Notes: generated by a model from the sequence alone, not told the origin. Numbered from the stretch's first letter, positions 37,741 to 48,134 are shown. The stretch: DNA of 64,000 nt from Longimicrobiales bacterium (GCA_965218295.1 CBDCKN010000013.1:320001-384000); one strand, 5' to 3'. A program made the numbers and translations.

Positions 37741-40736
37741 TAGAACCGGTCCCGGATGTCCGTGTTGCGCTGCTTGTAGTCGAACTTCAGGTCGCGGTTG
37801 TCGATGAGGGACACCTCGAAGCGGAAGGTCCAGTTCCCGGTGGCCGTCTGCAGGAAGTCGAAGTTGGCGTTCCACCGGTGGAGGTCCCTGGTGAGCCGGA
37901 TACGGTGGTCCGTGAAGCTCCGGACGTCGATGTCGTAGGACGTGCCCCAGGTCAGGCTCCAATTCTCGGTGGGACGGAGGCGGAGCCCTACCTGCAGGAG
38001 CTGGCTGGCGGGCAGGTTCTCGTCCCGGTTCCTGCGCAGGGAGTAGTTGAAGTTGGCCGACCATGTGCCCGCGGCTCCACGACGGCGGGCACGCCTCTGA
38101 GCGGCAGGGTCGGCAGAGCCCGAGCCCGGGACCACGACGGATTCGTCGGTCACCCCTATGTCGCCCAAGCCGCCCAGGAGGGGATCCAGATCGTCGGGAT
38201 CCTCGCCCAGGACGGGAACCGTGTCTCCCGGGGCCGCCGCCCGCTCCGCCGCCCGGGCAGCGGCAGCCTCTTCCTCGTCTCCGCCACCCAGGAGGCGCCC
38301 GAGGGCCCGGAGCACCCCCGAGGTATTGCTCATGGCGAAAGAGAAATTGAGCTGAGACATGAGGGGCGACAGGCTACGCTTCCCTTCCTCGCTCCGATCG
38401 AAGAGGTCGTGCTGCACCGACACCGTCAACCCACGGAGGAAGTCGGAGCTGATCTGGTTCTGGAGCCGCGTCGTGGTGAACCCCTCGAGGAAGTCGTCCT
38501 CGTCGCCGGCCCGGACGAAGTCGTAGGTGATCACGCTCGTACGGATGGCCAGAAGGTTCACGATCCTGGAGGCCGGAAGCCTTTGGGGACCGCCCTCCGC
38601 GTCTCGCTCCTGCCGGCGGAGGGCGAGCGCCTCGGCCTCCGCGGCCAGCGAGTCGGCCCTGGCCTCTTGAAGGGAGTCGGAGGCGAACGGATCGTCGAAC
38701 AAGTCGAAGGCGTCCGGGTCGTCCTCGGCCTCTTCCTCGGTCCGGTCCTCGGGCCGCTTGGCCTCGAACGTCTGGTTGAGCCCGAAGCTGAGAACGTTCC
38801 TGGCCTTGGATTCCCGCGCTCCGAACACCGTCTCCTGGATGGCCGAGGGCACGATCTCCGGCGCGTATGCGTACGTGAACGACGGCGAGATCTTGTGACG
38901 GATCGCCTCGAAGCCAGCAAAGCCACCGTAGAAGCCGTAGATGTCGCTCTTGAGCCGGGCGCCGAAGGAGATCCGCGTGGGCCCGGACACGAAGCTCGAG
39001 GCCTCGGGGATGTCGTCGGAGCGCTTCGAGGCGCCGGAGACGCTCAGATCCGGTGTCAGCGTAGTGGTTCCGATCAGCCGCTGCTGATAGTTGAACGCCA
39101 TGCTCCACGTGATGTCGGCTTTGCTCTTGTCCACAAAGCCGGTGGGCAGGGGACCCAGGGTATCCCCCGGGAAGGCCACCAGGGCCGGCACGTCCAGCAC
39201 GCTCGAGCCCGTGAAGCTCAGGCTCTGGTTCCACGAAAAGGCACCGAGGTTGAACGAGCTGCTTACGCTCCCCCTGGTGTTGCTCCCATCGGCCAGGTTC
39301 TCTGAGAAGGCCGAGTCCGCCTGCGCGGCTCGATCAACGGTGCTCTTGCTGTACCGGGCACTCCCCGACCAAGTCATGTTGTTGAAGAACTTGGCCCTGC
39401 TGTCGGGCGCCTTGAAGAGTGTGATGGTCTTGAGGGATAGGTTGGCCGTGGGCAGCGTCATCTCCACCCGATCGTCGCTCAGGAATTGTCGGCGGTTGGC
39501 GCTCAGGGACAGGCTACCCCAGTCGAAGCGCCGGCTCAGGCCTCCGTCGGAGTTGATGGACTGGGTGATCTCCCGTGGATCGAAGGAGTTCTCCCTCACG
39601 AACTGCGAGCTGGAGGCGTAGCGGGCGGAAACGCGGATGGAGGTCCGCTCGTCCATCTGCCAGTTGTGCCCGGTGTCGAAGGAGAGCTCCCTCCCGCCGT
39701 CTACCCTCCAGAAGCGCCGCACATTGGCCCGGCCGTCCAGAAACTTCCGGGTCACCCGGTAGTTGAACCCTCCGGTCAATGCCGTGAAGTTGTCGCTCCA
39801 CCAGTCCAGCGCCACGGTGGCGTCGGCGTAGTCGTTGATGGCCCAGAAGAACCCGACGTTGGACAACCTCCGGGTGTGGCCCCGGGAGCTGCGCACGATG
39901 TCGTTTACGCCGAAGCGTAGAGGCAGGATGCCGCTGCGCCTGCCCGTCTCCGTGCTCTGGAAGATGAAGGGGAGCCAGAACACAGGCACGTCGCCGAAGT
40001 TGAGCGTGACGTTGCGGGCGACGAGCCAGCTCCCGCCGATGGCCTTGAGCTCGCGGGCCGCGAAATGGTAGTGGGGCTCTTCCTCTTCGCACGACGTGAA
40101 GTTGATGTGGTGGCCGAAGACCGTGTCCGGGAGGATGGCCGGAAGATCCCCGTCCATGATCCACGTAGCACCCTCCATCAGCTTGGTCTGAGCGTCGAAG
40201 GCGGATCCCCTGCCCTGCCTCAGGTCATAGATGATGTTCGCGCTCTGCACCGGCTGCTCGCCGGGCCGTTCGGTGACGGTCTCACCAGCGGTCCAAACCA
40301 GGGAATCGGCCAGCGTGATGGTGTCCGCCGCCGTGATGGACTGCCGCTGCTGCGTGAGCTGCGCCGGCGATCCCTCGGCGCCGATGAGGATCAGGCGCTC
40401 CTCCACGGCGTCGAAGCGTGCCTCCGCCGCCTCGTACCGGGCCACGCTGTAGCCTGGAAGCTCCAGGAGCGCTGCCATGAAGCTGTCCGCCGCCGCCACG
40501 GGGGGCGTCTGGGGAGGCCGACGACCACTCAGGGAGTCCCGAAACAGGGTCGAGTCCACGCCAGGGGGCTTCGAGAGCAGCTGGAGCCGCTCCAGAATCC
40601 GGATCCGGGCCGAATCGACCTCCTCTTCCACCGCCTGAGCCGAGAGCGGGGCGGCCGCAGCCAATCCGGCACCGAGAACGCCAAAGGCAAAGAGCCAACG
40701 GGCGAGGCGACCGGCGGGTCGTGCCTCGAACATCAT
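37740..40736 (-). CDS. lptD: LPS-assembly protein LptD-like
   Basis: Signal peptide, FTSC....PHYHF.A motif, PVFWLPF, GRRSGIL, beta-barrel with RDLHRW near the C-terminus. Confidence 0.85.
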   Translation of the reverse strand: MMFEARPAGRLARWLFAFGVLGAGLAAAAPLSAQAVEEEVDSARIRILERLQLLSKPPGVDSTLFRDSLSGRRPPQTPPVAAADSFMAALLELPGYSVARYEAAEARFDAVEERLILIGAEGSPAQLTQQRQSITAADTITLADSLVWTAGETVTERPGEQPVQSANIIYDLRQGRGSAFDAQTKLMEGATWIMDGDLPAILPDTVFGHHINFTSCEEEEPHYHFAARELKAIGGSWLVARNVTLNFGDVPVFWLPFIFQSTETGRRSGILPLRFGVNDIVRSSRGHTRRLSNVGFFWAINDYADATVALDWWSDNFTALTGGFNYRVTRKFLDGRANVRRFWRVDGGRELSFDTGHNWQMDERTSIRVSARYASSSQFVRENSFDPREITQSINSDGGLSRRFDWGSLSLSANRRQFLSDDRVEMTLPTANLSLKTITLFKAPDSRAKFFNNMTWSGSARYSKSTVDRAAQADSAFSENLADGSNTRGSVSSSFNLGAFSWNQSLSFTGSSVLDVPALVAFPGDTLGPLPTGFVDKSKADITWSMAFNYQQRLIGTTTLTPDLSVSGASKRSDDIPEASSFVSGPTRISFGARLKSDIYGFYGGFAGFEAIRHKISPSFTYAYAPEIVPSAIQETVFGARESKARNVLSFGLNQTFEAKRPEDRTEEEAEDDPDAFDLFDDPFASDSLQEARADSLAAEAEALALRRQERDAEGGPQRLPASRIVNLLAIRTSVITYDFVRAGDEDDFLEGFTTTRLQNQISSDFLRGLTVSVQHDLFDRSEEGKRSLSPLMSQLNFSFAMSNTSGVLRALGRLLGGGDEEEAAAARAAERAAAPGDTVPVLGEDPDDLDPLLGGLGDIGVTDESVVVPGSGSADPAAQRRARRRGAAGTWSANFNYSLRRNRDENLPASQLLQVGLRLRPTENWSLTWGTSYDIDVRSFTDHRIRLTRDLHRWNANFDFLQTATGNWTFRFEVSLIDNRDLKFDYKQRNTDIRDRF

Positions 40737-41530
40737 CCAGCCTCAACCGCGCCCTCCGGCGGCTGGCCGCCGATCTGCCGCTCTTCCCGGCGGCGGTAGA
40801 TCAGGACCGAGAGGAGGATGCTGAACTCGTAGAGGAGCACGAGGGGAGCCATCATCATGACCGTTACCGTGACCACGTCGCCGGGGCTGAGGAAGCTGGC
40901 CAGGACCGTGATCATGACGATGGCGTGACGCCTCTTCTTCCGGAGGAAGGCGGGCGTTACCAGACCCAGAGCCGAGAGGATCATGATCACCACCGGCAGC
41001 TCGAATAGCACTCCAAAGGCCACCAGGAGCTTCGTCACGAAGCCCAGGTAGGGGCCGGCCTGGAGGATGGGGTCCCAGTACTCCTCGCCGAAGAAGAGGA
41101 GGAAGCGGAGGGTGACCGGAAGTGCGATCAGGTACGACATGGCGACGCCGGCCGCGAAGAGGACCAGACCCATGTAGAGGCTGGGGATGATGGCCTTCTT
41201 CTCGTGACGCTCCAACGCCGGAGACAGGAAGGCCCAGATCTGGTAGATGATGATGGGGGAGACCAGGATCACCCCGACCAGAACGCCTATCTTCAGGATC
41301 AGGAAGAAGGGCTCGGTGGGCGAGAAGAACTTGAGCCTCTCCCCCTCGCCCATCACCTGCTCGAGGGGCGCCAGCAGGATCTCCAGGACGCCGAACTGCA
41401 GGACGAGCACGAAGCCCGCGACGCTCCCCAGCACGATGGCAATAAGGCTCCACAAGATCCGCCACCGGAGTTCTTCCAGGTGGTCGAGGAAAGGCATTTC
41501 GCTCCGTGAATTTCGGATTCGCTTCAACAT
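40733..41530 (-). CDS. tatC: Twin-arginine translocase TatC
   Basis: MPFLDHLEELRWRI, YQIWAFLSPAL, FELPV, LYEFSI. Confidence 0.97.
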   Translation of the reverse strand: MLKRIRNSRSEMPFLDHLEELRWRILWSLIAIVLGSVAGFVLVLQFGVLEILLAPLEQVMGEGERLKFFSPTEPFFLILKIGVLVGVILVSPIIIYQIWAFLSPALERHEKKAIIPSLYMGLVLFAAGVAMSYLIALPVTLRFLLFFGEEYWDPILQAGPYLGFVTKLLVAFGVLFELPVVIMILSALGLVTPAFLRKKRRHAIVMITVLASFLSPGDVVTVTVMMMAPLVLLYEFSILLSVLIYRRREERQIGGQPPEGAVEAG

Positions 41531-41570
41531 TTCGTGTGCTTGCGTGCCGAAAAGGCGGACCCCGGACGGG

Positions 41571-42068
41571 TCAGAGCGGGAGCTCTTCCTGGTTCCGCGA
41601 CCGGACCCTCCGCTCCTCCTGGGTGTTCAGGTCCTGGACCACCTCTTGGAACTCGCCGATGTCCTGGAAGTTCCGGTAAACCGAGGCGAATCGGATGTAG
41701 GCGACCCGATCGAGGGGAGCGAGGCGCTCCATGACCATTTCACCGATGCGCGAGGCGGGAACCTCCGATCGTAGCTGCCCGGTCACATCATCCTCGATGG
41801 CGTCGACCAGGGCGTCGATGTCATCCTGGGTCACCGGGCGTTTGGCGGTGGCGATCGTGATGCTCCGGAACAGCTTGACCCGATCGAACTCCTCGGTCCG
41901 GCCGTCGTGCTTCAGAACGTGCAGGGGCCGCTTCTCGACGTGCTCGTAGGTGGTGAAGCGGGCACCGCACACCGCGCACTCGCGCCGGCGTCTCACGGCA
42001 CGTCCTCCCCGGCTGTCGCGGGTGTCCACGACCCGGTTCTCGGTCGCGTCGCACTCAGGGCAGCGCAT
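41571..42068 (-). CDS. nrdR: Transcriptional repressor NrdR
   Basis: MRCPEC..RRRRECAVC..RFTTYE, ATP-cone, AYIRFASVY. Confidence 0.97.
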   Translation of the reverse strand: MRCPECDATENRVVDTRDSRGGRAVRRRRECAVCGARFTTYEHVEKRPLHVLKHDGRTEEFDRVKLFRSITIATAKRPVTQDDIDALVDAIEDDVTGQLRSEVPASRIGEMVMERLAPLDRVAYIRFASVYRNFQDIGEFQEVVQDLNTQEERRVRSRNQEELPL

Positions 42069-42082
42069 GAGCGGCCGGGCCT

Positions 42083-42245
42083 TAGTGTCCCGTCCCAGAA
42101 GTGCGATGGCATTCGGGCACCGATGCATCCATCCTGGCGGCGTTGCTCCTCCTCGAAATAGCGGTGCTATTCCTCGTCGTCGCGCCTTGCCAGGACGGCG
42201 CCTCGGCACCCTCGGTGCGGACCGCTCTTCTGGGACGGAACACTA
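42083..42245. mobile_element. MITE-like element, family A, copy 2 (163 nt)
   Basis: TIRs TAGTGTCCCGTCCCAGAAG ... CTTCTGGGACGGAACACTA; internal hairpin AATAGC-GGT-GCTATT. Confidence 0.88.
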
Positions 42246-42247
42246 GC

Positions 42248-43078
42248 TCAGCGGATCTCCTGCAGCAGCTCCCGGGCCAGGTCCGCCGCGCCGCTGTCAG
42301 GGTAGGTGTTGACCACCGTCTCCAGGTAACGGACCGCCTCTTCCGTGTTGTCCTGGAGCGCGTAGATGGCTCCGGTCCGATAGAGCGCCTGAGGGACACG
42401 GTCGTCGGTGGGGTACAGCTCGGGAATGCGGAGGAACACCTCGACGGCCTCGTCCAGGCGGTTCTCCTGCTCGAAGACGTCGCCGAGGAAGAACTGGGCC
42501 GAGGGAGCGAGACGGTGGTCCGGATAGTCGGCGAGGAAGCCCTCGAAGGCTCGCCGCGCCGTGGTTAAGGAGCCCCGGCTGAGTTGGGCCATGGCCGCCT
42601 GGTAGGTGTCGTCGGCCGCCGCCGGATCGGCTCCCTCCACCTCTGGCGTGAGGACGCCCACGGAATCCGGATCACGCGGTCGGAGGGAGGGGATCACCCG
42701 GGCCGACTGGACGTCGATCCGATTTGACAGAAGCGTGACGTCGCGTTGGATCTGCCCCGTCAACGCTGTGAGGCGCGACAGCTGATCCTGTAAATTCCAG
42801 AGCTCCCTGGCGATACCGCCCCGGGTGTCCACCACCATGCCGGACTGGATCTCCAGCGTGTCCTGGATGGCCTGGATCTCGGCGGCCAGGTCCCTGAGCT
42901 GTTGGCCCTGCTGGGCCGTCTGCTCCTCCACCGCGTCCTGAAGGCTCCGGATGTCGCCTTTGGTGGCGCACGCTGGCACCAGAGCGAGGAGAACCAGCGA
43001 AAAAAGCACCCCTCCCCCACGGCCTCCTCGCCCGCGACGCAGCGCGGCGAAGGGGCCGGAGGGAGGGGTGAAGCTCAT
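42248..43078 (-). CDS. cpoB: Tol-Pal system protein CpoB/YbgF
   Basis: Lipobox-like VPAC, coiled coil, three C-terminal TPRs (YP...A); directly downstream of pal. Confidence 0.85.
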   Translation of the reverse strand: MSFTPPSGPFAALRRGRGGRGGGVLFSLVLLALVPACATKGDIRSLQDAVEEQTAQQGQQLRDLAAEIQAIQDTLEIQSGMVVDTRGGIARELWNLQDQLSRLTALTGQIQRDVTLLSNRIDVQSARVIPSLRPRDPDSVGVLTPEVEGADPAAADDTYQAAMAQLSRGSLTTARRAFEGFLADYPDHRLAPSAQFFLGDVFEQENRLDEAVEVFLRIPELYPTDDRVPQALYRTGAIYALQDNTEEAVRYLETVVNTYPDSGAADLARELLQEIR

Positions 43079-43118
43079 CTAGTGTCCTGAGTCAGAAGTT
43101 CGGCGCAGAACCGAGGGG
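43079..43118. mobile_element. Degenerate family A end remnant
   Basis: CTAGTGTCCTGAGTCAGAAGTTCG...ACCGAGGG aligns with the family A end at 1232-1271. Confidence 0.55.
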
Positions 43119-43144
43119 ACCGCAACTAACCTCCGACCGGAGCG

Positions 43145-43756
43145 TTACGGCCGATCCCGGTCGTCCTCGCTGACCACGATGGTGCCGCCCGTGATCACGA
43201 ACTCGACCCGGCGGTTCTGACCCCATGCCGCTTCGTCGCTGCGGTTGACCAGCGGACGGTCCTCGCCGAAGGACGTACTCGTGAAGCGGTCCCCGGAGAT
43301 GCCGAAGCCCGTGAGGAAGTCACGCACGCTCTCGGCGCGGCGGCTGCCCAGGGCCAGATTGTACTCCGTGGAGCCCCTCTCGTCGGCGTGGCCCTCCATC
43401 CGGATTCGGACGGTCCGGCTGTTCCGGAGGATCGGAATCTTCCGTCGCAGGATCCGCTCCGCTTCGTTGGTGATGGCGGACTCGTCGAACTCGAAGTTCA
43501 CCATCGCTTCGAGGGTTGAGCGGGCCTCCCGCTGCTCACGATTCTCCCGAGCACGCTCGCGGTCCGCGGCTTCTCGCTCCGCCCTACGACGGGCTGCCTC
43601 GGCGGCCTCGGCAGCGGCGATGGAGTCGGCGCGACGCTGCGCGAGTTCAGCGGCAGTCGCACCCGTGGGAGCCGGCGGCGGTGCTGGATCGCTGGAGCAG
43701 GCGCCAAGTACGAGTGCCGCGGCCAGACCCGGCACGAGTAGATCTTTGATCCTCAT
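43145..43756 (-). CDS. pal: Peptidoglycan-associated lipoprotein Pal
   Basis: Lipobox LGAC; EGHADERGSTEYNLALGSRRA and NRRVEF. Confidence 0.95.
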   Translation of the reverse strand: MRIKDLLVPGLAAALVLGACSSDPAPPPAPTGATAAELAQRRADSIAAAEAAEAARRRAEREAADRERARENREQREARSTLEAMVNFEFDESAITNEAERILRRKIPILRNSRTVRIRMEGHADERGSTEYNLALGSRRAESVRDFLTGFGISGDRFTSTSFGEDRPLVNRSDEAAWGQNRRVEFVITGGTIVVSEDDRDRP

Positions 43757-43884
43757 CCCCAATCCTGTCGTGGAGTGTCCATGTCACGAGGCTCGTCCAT
43801 ACTGGCGAGCCACTCCTCAAACGCTTGCGTTGACACGCGTTTCGGCCCCTGAGGGAGACCGAGCGGCCTTAGGCATATACCCAA

Positions 43885-45258
43885 TTACGGCCCTCCGCGC
43901 AATGACCCGGGTCCCGCCGTTCCGAGCGACGGAGACCAGTCCGGCACCCGAACGTCGAACCCACGCAGGAGCATGCGGTACTTGCCCGTGGCCGTGTCCA
44001 CCACCATGAGCCCCGTCCCCCAATCGCGCCTCCCGATGAACACCAGGTGTCGTCCGTCGGGCGCCCAGCTCGGATCCTCGTTGTTTCCCTCCCAGGTGAG
44101 CTGCCGGAGGCGGCGCCCCCGATCGGACACCTCGGCCACCAGAATCTGATACCAGCCCCGCCGGCTCACGCGTCCGTGGAAGGCCACGTAATCGCCCATC
44201 GGAGCCCATTCGGGCGAGGTGTAGTAACCCTCCTGGCCGTGGAGGTAGGGCGAGATGAGGTCGGCCTCGCCACCCGACGCAGGCATCACGTAGATCTGAG
44301 GATGGGCGGTGCCGAGACGGTTGGAGTTGAAAGCCATCCGGCTGCCGTCGGGGGAAAACGTGGGCGAGATGTCGTCCCAGCGTCCGCCGCTGATGTGGGT
44401 GAGGCAGCAGTTCCGCTCCAGATCGTAGCGGAAGATCCCGCTCCGGTTACCGCCGGTGACGGCGAACGCCAGCTCCCGGCCGTTCGGGTTGTAGGTCGGG
44501 GTGATGTGGTCACCGACCTGGTTCGGCTCGAGAACCCTCTCCTCCCCCGTCTCCAGGTTCAGCTCGTAGATCCTGGGCAAGCCGGTGTCTTTTCGGGACG
44601 TAAAGGCGATCCGCTTCCCGTCGGGAGACCAGGTGGGGCTCATGGTCAGGTCGCCGTAGTCCGTGAGGCGCCGAAAACTCTCCCCGTCGGAGTCGATGAG
44701 GTAGACCTCCTGGTTGCCGTCCACGGTCCTCCGCGAGAACGCGATCCGGCTGGCGGCCATGCCGGGCTCGTCGAAGATCCACTCCACGATGGCGTCCGAC
44801 GCAACGTGGACGGCCATCCGGAAGTCGTCCGACATGTCGGCGGGGATGGGAAAGCGCCCGCGCTGGCGGACCTCGCCATAGACGACGTCATGGAGCTCGA
44901 GGACCAGCACGAACCCCTCGCCGGCTCCTTCCAGCGCGCCCGAGAGGAGCCAGACGGCCCCCAGCTGATCCCAGAGCTGATAGTCGATCTCGTCGCCCAC
45001 CAGCGACTCCGGAAGGGAGTCCATGATCTCAAACCGGTCGCTGTAGCGCAGGTCTCGGGCCATGATGGCCTCGACCCTTGGCGCCGAGGCCTCACCCCCC
45101 AGCCGGCCCGAGAAGGGCTGGACGGCGAGAGCGGGTTGATACCCCCTCTCGTAGAGGAGCCCGAGCGTAACGCCCGGAATGGAGTCGGGCCCCTGGGCCG
45201 CCGCAAGCTCGAAGGGCAGAACCGTCGCCGCCAGGGCGAAGGCCAGCAGCCACCTCAC
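43885..45258 (-). CDS. tolB: Tol-Pal beta-propeller protein TolB
   Basis: TolB N-domain plus repeated P.WSPDG (PD40) units; GTG start overlaps the upstream TGA. Confidence 0.9.
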   Translation of the reverse strand: MRWLLAFALAATVLPFELAAAQGPDSIPGVTLGLLYERGYQPALAVQPFSGRLGGEASAPRVEAIMARDLRYSDRFEIMDSLPESLVGDEIDYQLWDQLGAVWLLSGALEGAGEGFVLVLELHDVVYGEVRQRGRFPIPADMSDDFRMAVHVASDAIVEWIFDEPGMAASRIAFSRRTVDGNQEVYLIDSDGESFRRLTDYGDLTMSPTWSPDGKRIAFTSRKDTGLPRIYELNLETGEERVLEPNQVGDHITPTYNPNGRELAFAVTGGNRSGIFRYDLERNCCLTHISGGRWDDISPTFSPDGSRMAFNSNRLGTAHPQIYVMPASGGEADLISPYLHGQEGYYTSPEWAPMGDYVAFHGRVSRRGWYQILVAEVSDRGRRLRQLTWEGNNEDPSWAPDGRHLVFIGRRDWGTGLMVVDTATGKYRMLLRGFDVRVPDWSPSLGTAGPGSLRGGP

Positions 45259-45992
45259 GTTGGCCCGCCCTTGGGGTCGATCTTGAAGACGACCGGCAGC
45301 CGATCGAAGGGAAGATCTTCGGGGAGCGGTCCCAGACGACCTCGGCTCCCAGCACACTCCGCGGCCCCCATGGCCTCTATGTCGAAGGGCGTGTTGTTAG
45401 AGGACTCCAGCACGTCGATGCCGGAAACCGTTCCGTCGCGATTGATGACGAAGTAGATGGTCGCCCGAAAGTCGTCGGATCCCCCCCACCGGAAGCACCG
45501 CTGCATCTGACGGATGATGTTGTTGTAATACTCCGGATAGTCCCGTCGGACCCCTTCCATGCGCACGTTCAGGTCCTCACCCGGCGTCTCTACGTCGGGG
45601 TCGGGGTCCGGGCTCGTGGGCGGCGCCGGGTCCTCTTCTGGCTCGGGCTCGGGAGGGGACGTCACCTCTTCGGGCTTCGCGTCCTCCTCGGGGGGAGGCT
45701 CGTCTTCGATGACGGGCGGCAGCGTCTCCTCCCGTGGCTCCGGCACCACCTCCTCGGGCGTCTCGATGACCAGCTCCTCGGGCGGCGGCGGCGTGGGATC
45801 CCCGAGCTCCGCCGCAGGAGGTGACACCAGCTCGATCTCGTACACGACGAAGTTGGGGACCACGCGCTCAATGGCCGACGTCCACCACGCCAGGAAAATG
45901 GCGATGATGTGGACCAGAGCCGAGCCCAGGACGGGGCCCCTGCCGACCTTCTCGTGCTGTCGCCGCCTGGGCGTCGCGACCGGGCCGGTCAT
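45255..45992 (-). CDS. TolA/TonB C-terminal domain protein
   Basis: SALVH TM motif, Pro/Glu-rich linker, TonB-C domain (F.I.RDG.V...SS....FD); located between tolR and tolB. Confidence 0.8.
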   Translation of the reverse strand: MTGPVATPRRRQHEKVGRGPVLGSALVHIIAIFLAWWTSAIERVVPNFVVYEIELVSPPAAELGDPTPPPPEELVIETPEEVVPEPREETLPPVIEDEPPPEEDAKPEEVTSPPEPEPEEDPAPPTSPDPDPDVETPGEDLNVRMEGVRRDYPEYYNNIIRQMQRCFRWGGSDDFRATIYFVINRDGTVSGIDVLESSNNTPFDIEAMGAAECAGSRGRLGPLPEDLPFDRLPVVFKIDPKGGPT

Positions 45993-46396
45993 CTCCGGGG
46001 ACGTTGTTGGGCCACCACGGCGAACGGGAGTCCGCTGTCCTTGACGGTCCCCATGATCTCGACCCCGATCCCCCAGGCGGCCAGGGAGTCCGCCTGGATC
46101 CAGACCTTCTCGATCCGGCCGCCGGAGACGAGCTGGCTGAAGGACTGGGCGAAGTCGGTCCGGTTCACGGGCGTCTCGGCCAGGTAGACCGTGCCCTCGC
46201 GGTCCACCGATACGATCAGCGTGTTGTCTTCAGCCGACAGGGCGGAGACCTCCGCCTCGGGGACCTCCACCTCGATACCACCCTGGAGGATGGGCGCCGT
46301 GATGATGAAGATGATGAGCAGTGTGAAGGCCACGTCCACCAGGCTGGTGACGTTGATGTCGGCCATGAGCTCCAGATCCCGAGCCTTCGATCGCAT
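45989..46396 (-). CDS. tolR: ExbD/TolR family protein
   Basis: ADINVTSLVDVAFTLLIIFIITAP. Confidence 0.88.
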   Translation of the reverse strand: MRSKARDLELMADINVTSLVDVAFTLLIIFIITAPILQGGIEVEVPEAEVSALSAEDNTLIVSVDREGTVYLAETPVNRTDFAQSFSQLVSGGRIEKVWIQADSLAAWGIGVEIMGTVKDSGLPFAVVAQQRPRR

Positions 46397-46418
46397 TATC
46401 CGGACTCGCGAATACGCA

Positions 46419-47138
46419 TCATATCCGGCCCTCCCGGGCCAGCGTCCCGATGAACTCGCTGGAGAAGCCCTCTAGCTCGCCACTCACCAGGTTCAGCCTC
46501 GCCACGAAGTGGTTGTAAGCGATGACCGCGGGAATGGCCACGGCCAGCCCCGCCACGGTGGTCACCAGTGCCTCGGCCACGCCGGGGGCCACCGCCCCGA
46601 TGTTGGTGGAGCCCGACGCCGTGATCCCAAGGAAGGTGTTGGTGATGCCGATGACCGTCCCCATGAGCCCCAAGAGGGGTGACACCGAGCCCATGACCGC
46701 GAGCCAGGTGAGGCCCCGGCCCAGCTCGTCCCTCTCCTCGGCCTCCTCCTTCTCGAGCACGAGCTTCAGGGCCTGGAGCTGGGTCAGTGACAGCCCGTCG
46801 CCGACGGGGGCGTCCTCCCGGAGGGCACCGGGCCTGAGCTCGCTGAAGAAGTTCACGCCCTGCCGGAACACACGGCCGTAGGGCGACTCGGGGAGGGCGA
46901 TGATGGCCTTGTAGGCGTCTTCCAGGCCCGTGGCGCGCTCCATCTGCTGGAGGAAGTGATTGCCCTGGTGCCGGACGGTCCTGAACTGCCTCGCCTTCCA
47001 GAAGATGAGGATCCAGGAGGCCGCCGAGGACACGGCGAGCACGAGCAGGACGAGCCTGGTCGCGAGACTCCCGCCGAACACCATGTCCCATGCGCTGGTC
47101 GGCGCGCCGACCTGCGCGAGGAGCGTGGAAAGCCCCAC
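46419..47138 (-). CDS. tolQ: MotA/TolQ/ExbB proton channel
   Basis: SPLLGLMGTVIGI and VAPGVAEALVTTVAGLAVAIPA. Confidence 0.9.
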   Translation of the reverse strand: MGLSTLLAQVGAPTSAWDMVFGGSLATRLVLLVLAVSSAASWILIFWKARQFRTVRHQGNHFLQQMERATGLEDAYKAIIALPESPYGRVFRQGVNFFSELRPGALREDAPVGDGLSLTQLQALKLVLEKEEAEERDELGRGLTWLAVMGSVSPLLGLMGTVIGITNTFLGITASGSTNIGAVAPGVAEALVTTVAGLAVAIPAVIAYNHFVARLNLVSGELEGFSSEFIGTLAREGRI

Positions 47139-48134
47139 TTAGGAGCCTCCCCGGGTTGCGGCCTCATGCGTTGTCACTCGTCGTCTCCGGCTTGCAATGA
47201 AGTTGAACGTCTCTCGCAGACCGTCCTTGAGCGTGTGGCGGGGCGCCCAGCCCCGATCCGCGAAGCGCGACACGTCTAGGGTGCTGTGGCGCAGCTCTCC
47301 CGGCCGCTCCGCGCGATAGATGCGGCCGGGAGGATCGACGGCGATGCTCTCGAGCAAGTCGGCGAGGCGGTTCACGCTAGTCCCCGTCCCCGTGCCCACG
47401 TTGAACGCCACCGAGTCGAGATCGGGCTCTCGGCTCAGCGTCATGTCCGAAGCCCTGAGGTTGGCGCTCACCACGTCCTTGACGTACACATAGTCACGGG
47501 TCTGCTCCCCGTCACCGAAGATAGTGAGCTCTTCGCCGGACTGCAGGCGGTCGCAGAAAATCGCTACCACACCCGCCTCCCCATGTGGATCCTGGCGTGG
47601 CCCGTAGACGTTGGCGTACCGCAAAGCCACGTATTCCAGGCCGTGAACCTCGCGATAGTAGTGGAGGTAGTGCTCCCCCGAGAGCTTCGTGACGCCGTAC
47701 GGCGAGAGGGGCAGCTTCGGCGCCGACTCGGGTGTGGGCACCTCCTCCGGCTCGCCGTAGACGACCCCCCCGCTGGACACGTAGATGACCCTCTTGGTGC
47801 CTGCCTCCCGTGCCCCTTCGAGGACGTTGATGAGTCCGAGGACGTTCACGCCGGCGTCTCTGGCCGGGTCGGCCACGGAGACGCGGACATCGATCTGCGC
47901 CGCGTGCTGGCTCACGAGGTCGAAAGGGACCTCCCGGAAGAGATCCCTGAGGGCCGGGTCGGCGATGTCCATCTCCATGAACTCGACCTCGGGGCCAACG
48001 TTGTCCCGGACCCCGCTGGAGAGATCGTCCACCACCCACACACGGTCACCACGCGCCACGTAGGCGTCGGCTACGTGGCTGCCGATGAACCCCGCACCAC
48101 CCGTCACGAGGACCTTCCTTGCCGAATCACTCAT
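47139..48134 (-). CDS. NAD-dependent epimerase/dehydratase (GalE-like)
   Basis: VTGGAGFIGSH, SPYGVTK (YxxxK), NVYGPRQ. Confidence 0.9.
   Translation of the reverse strand: MSDSARKVLVTGGAGFIGSHVADAYVARGDRVWVVDDLSSGVRDNVGPEVEFMEMDIADPALRDLFREVPFDLVSQHAAQIDVRVSVADPARDAGVNVLGLINVLEGAREAGTKRVIYVSSGGVVYGEPEEVPTPESAPKLPLSPYGVTKLSGEHYLHYYREVHGLEYVALRYANVYGPRQDPHGEAGVVAIFCDRLQSGEELTIFGDGEQTRDYVYVKDVVSANLRASDMTLSREPDLDSVAFNVGTGTGTSVNRLADLLESIAVDPPGRIYRAERPGELRHSTLDVSRFADRGWAPRHTLKDGLRETFNFIASRRRRVTTHEAATRGGS

Noticed and set aside
42069..42209. N-terminal extensions of nrdR, dnaJ and the polyprenyl synthase running through repeat elements (two start MPRRR at the homologous GTG)
   Set aside because: nrdR and dnaJ have clear canonical starts, and the reading frame across the TIR differs between copies, so a conserved coding role is unsupported.
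42246..43082. cpoB flanked by family A ends as a composite transposon
   Set aside because: The ends face away from cpoB and the gene is in its normal position after pal.
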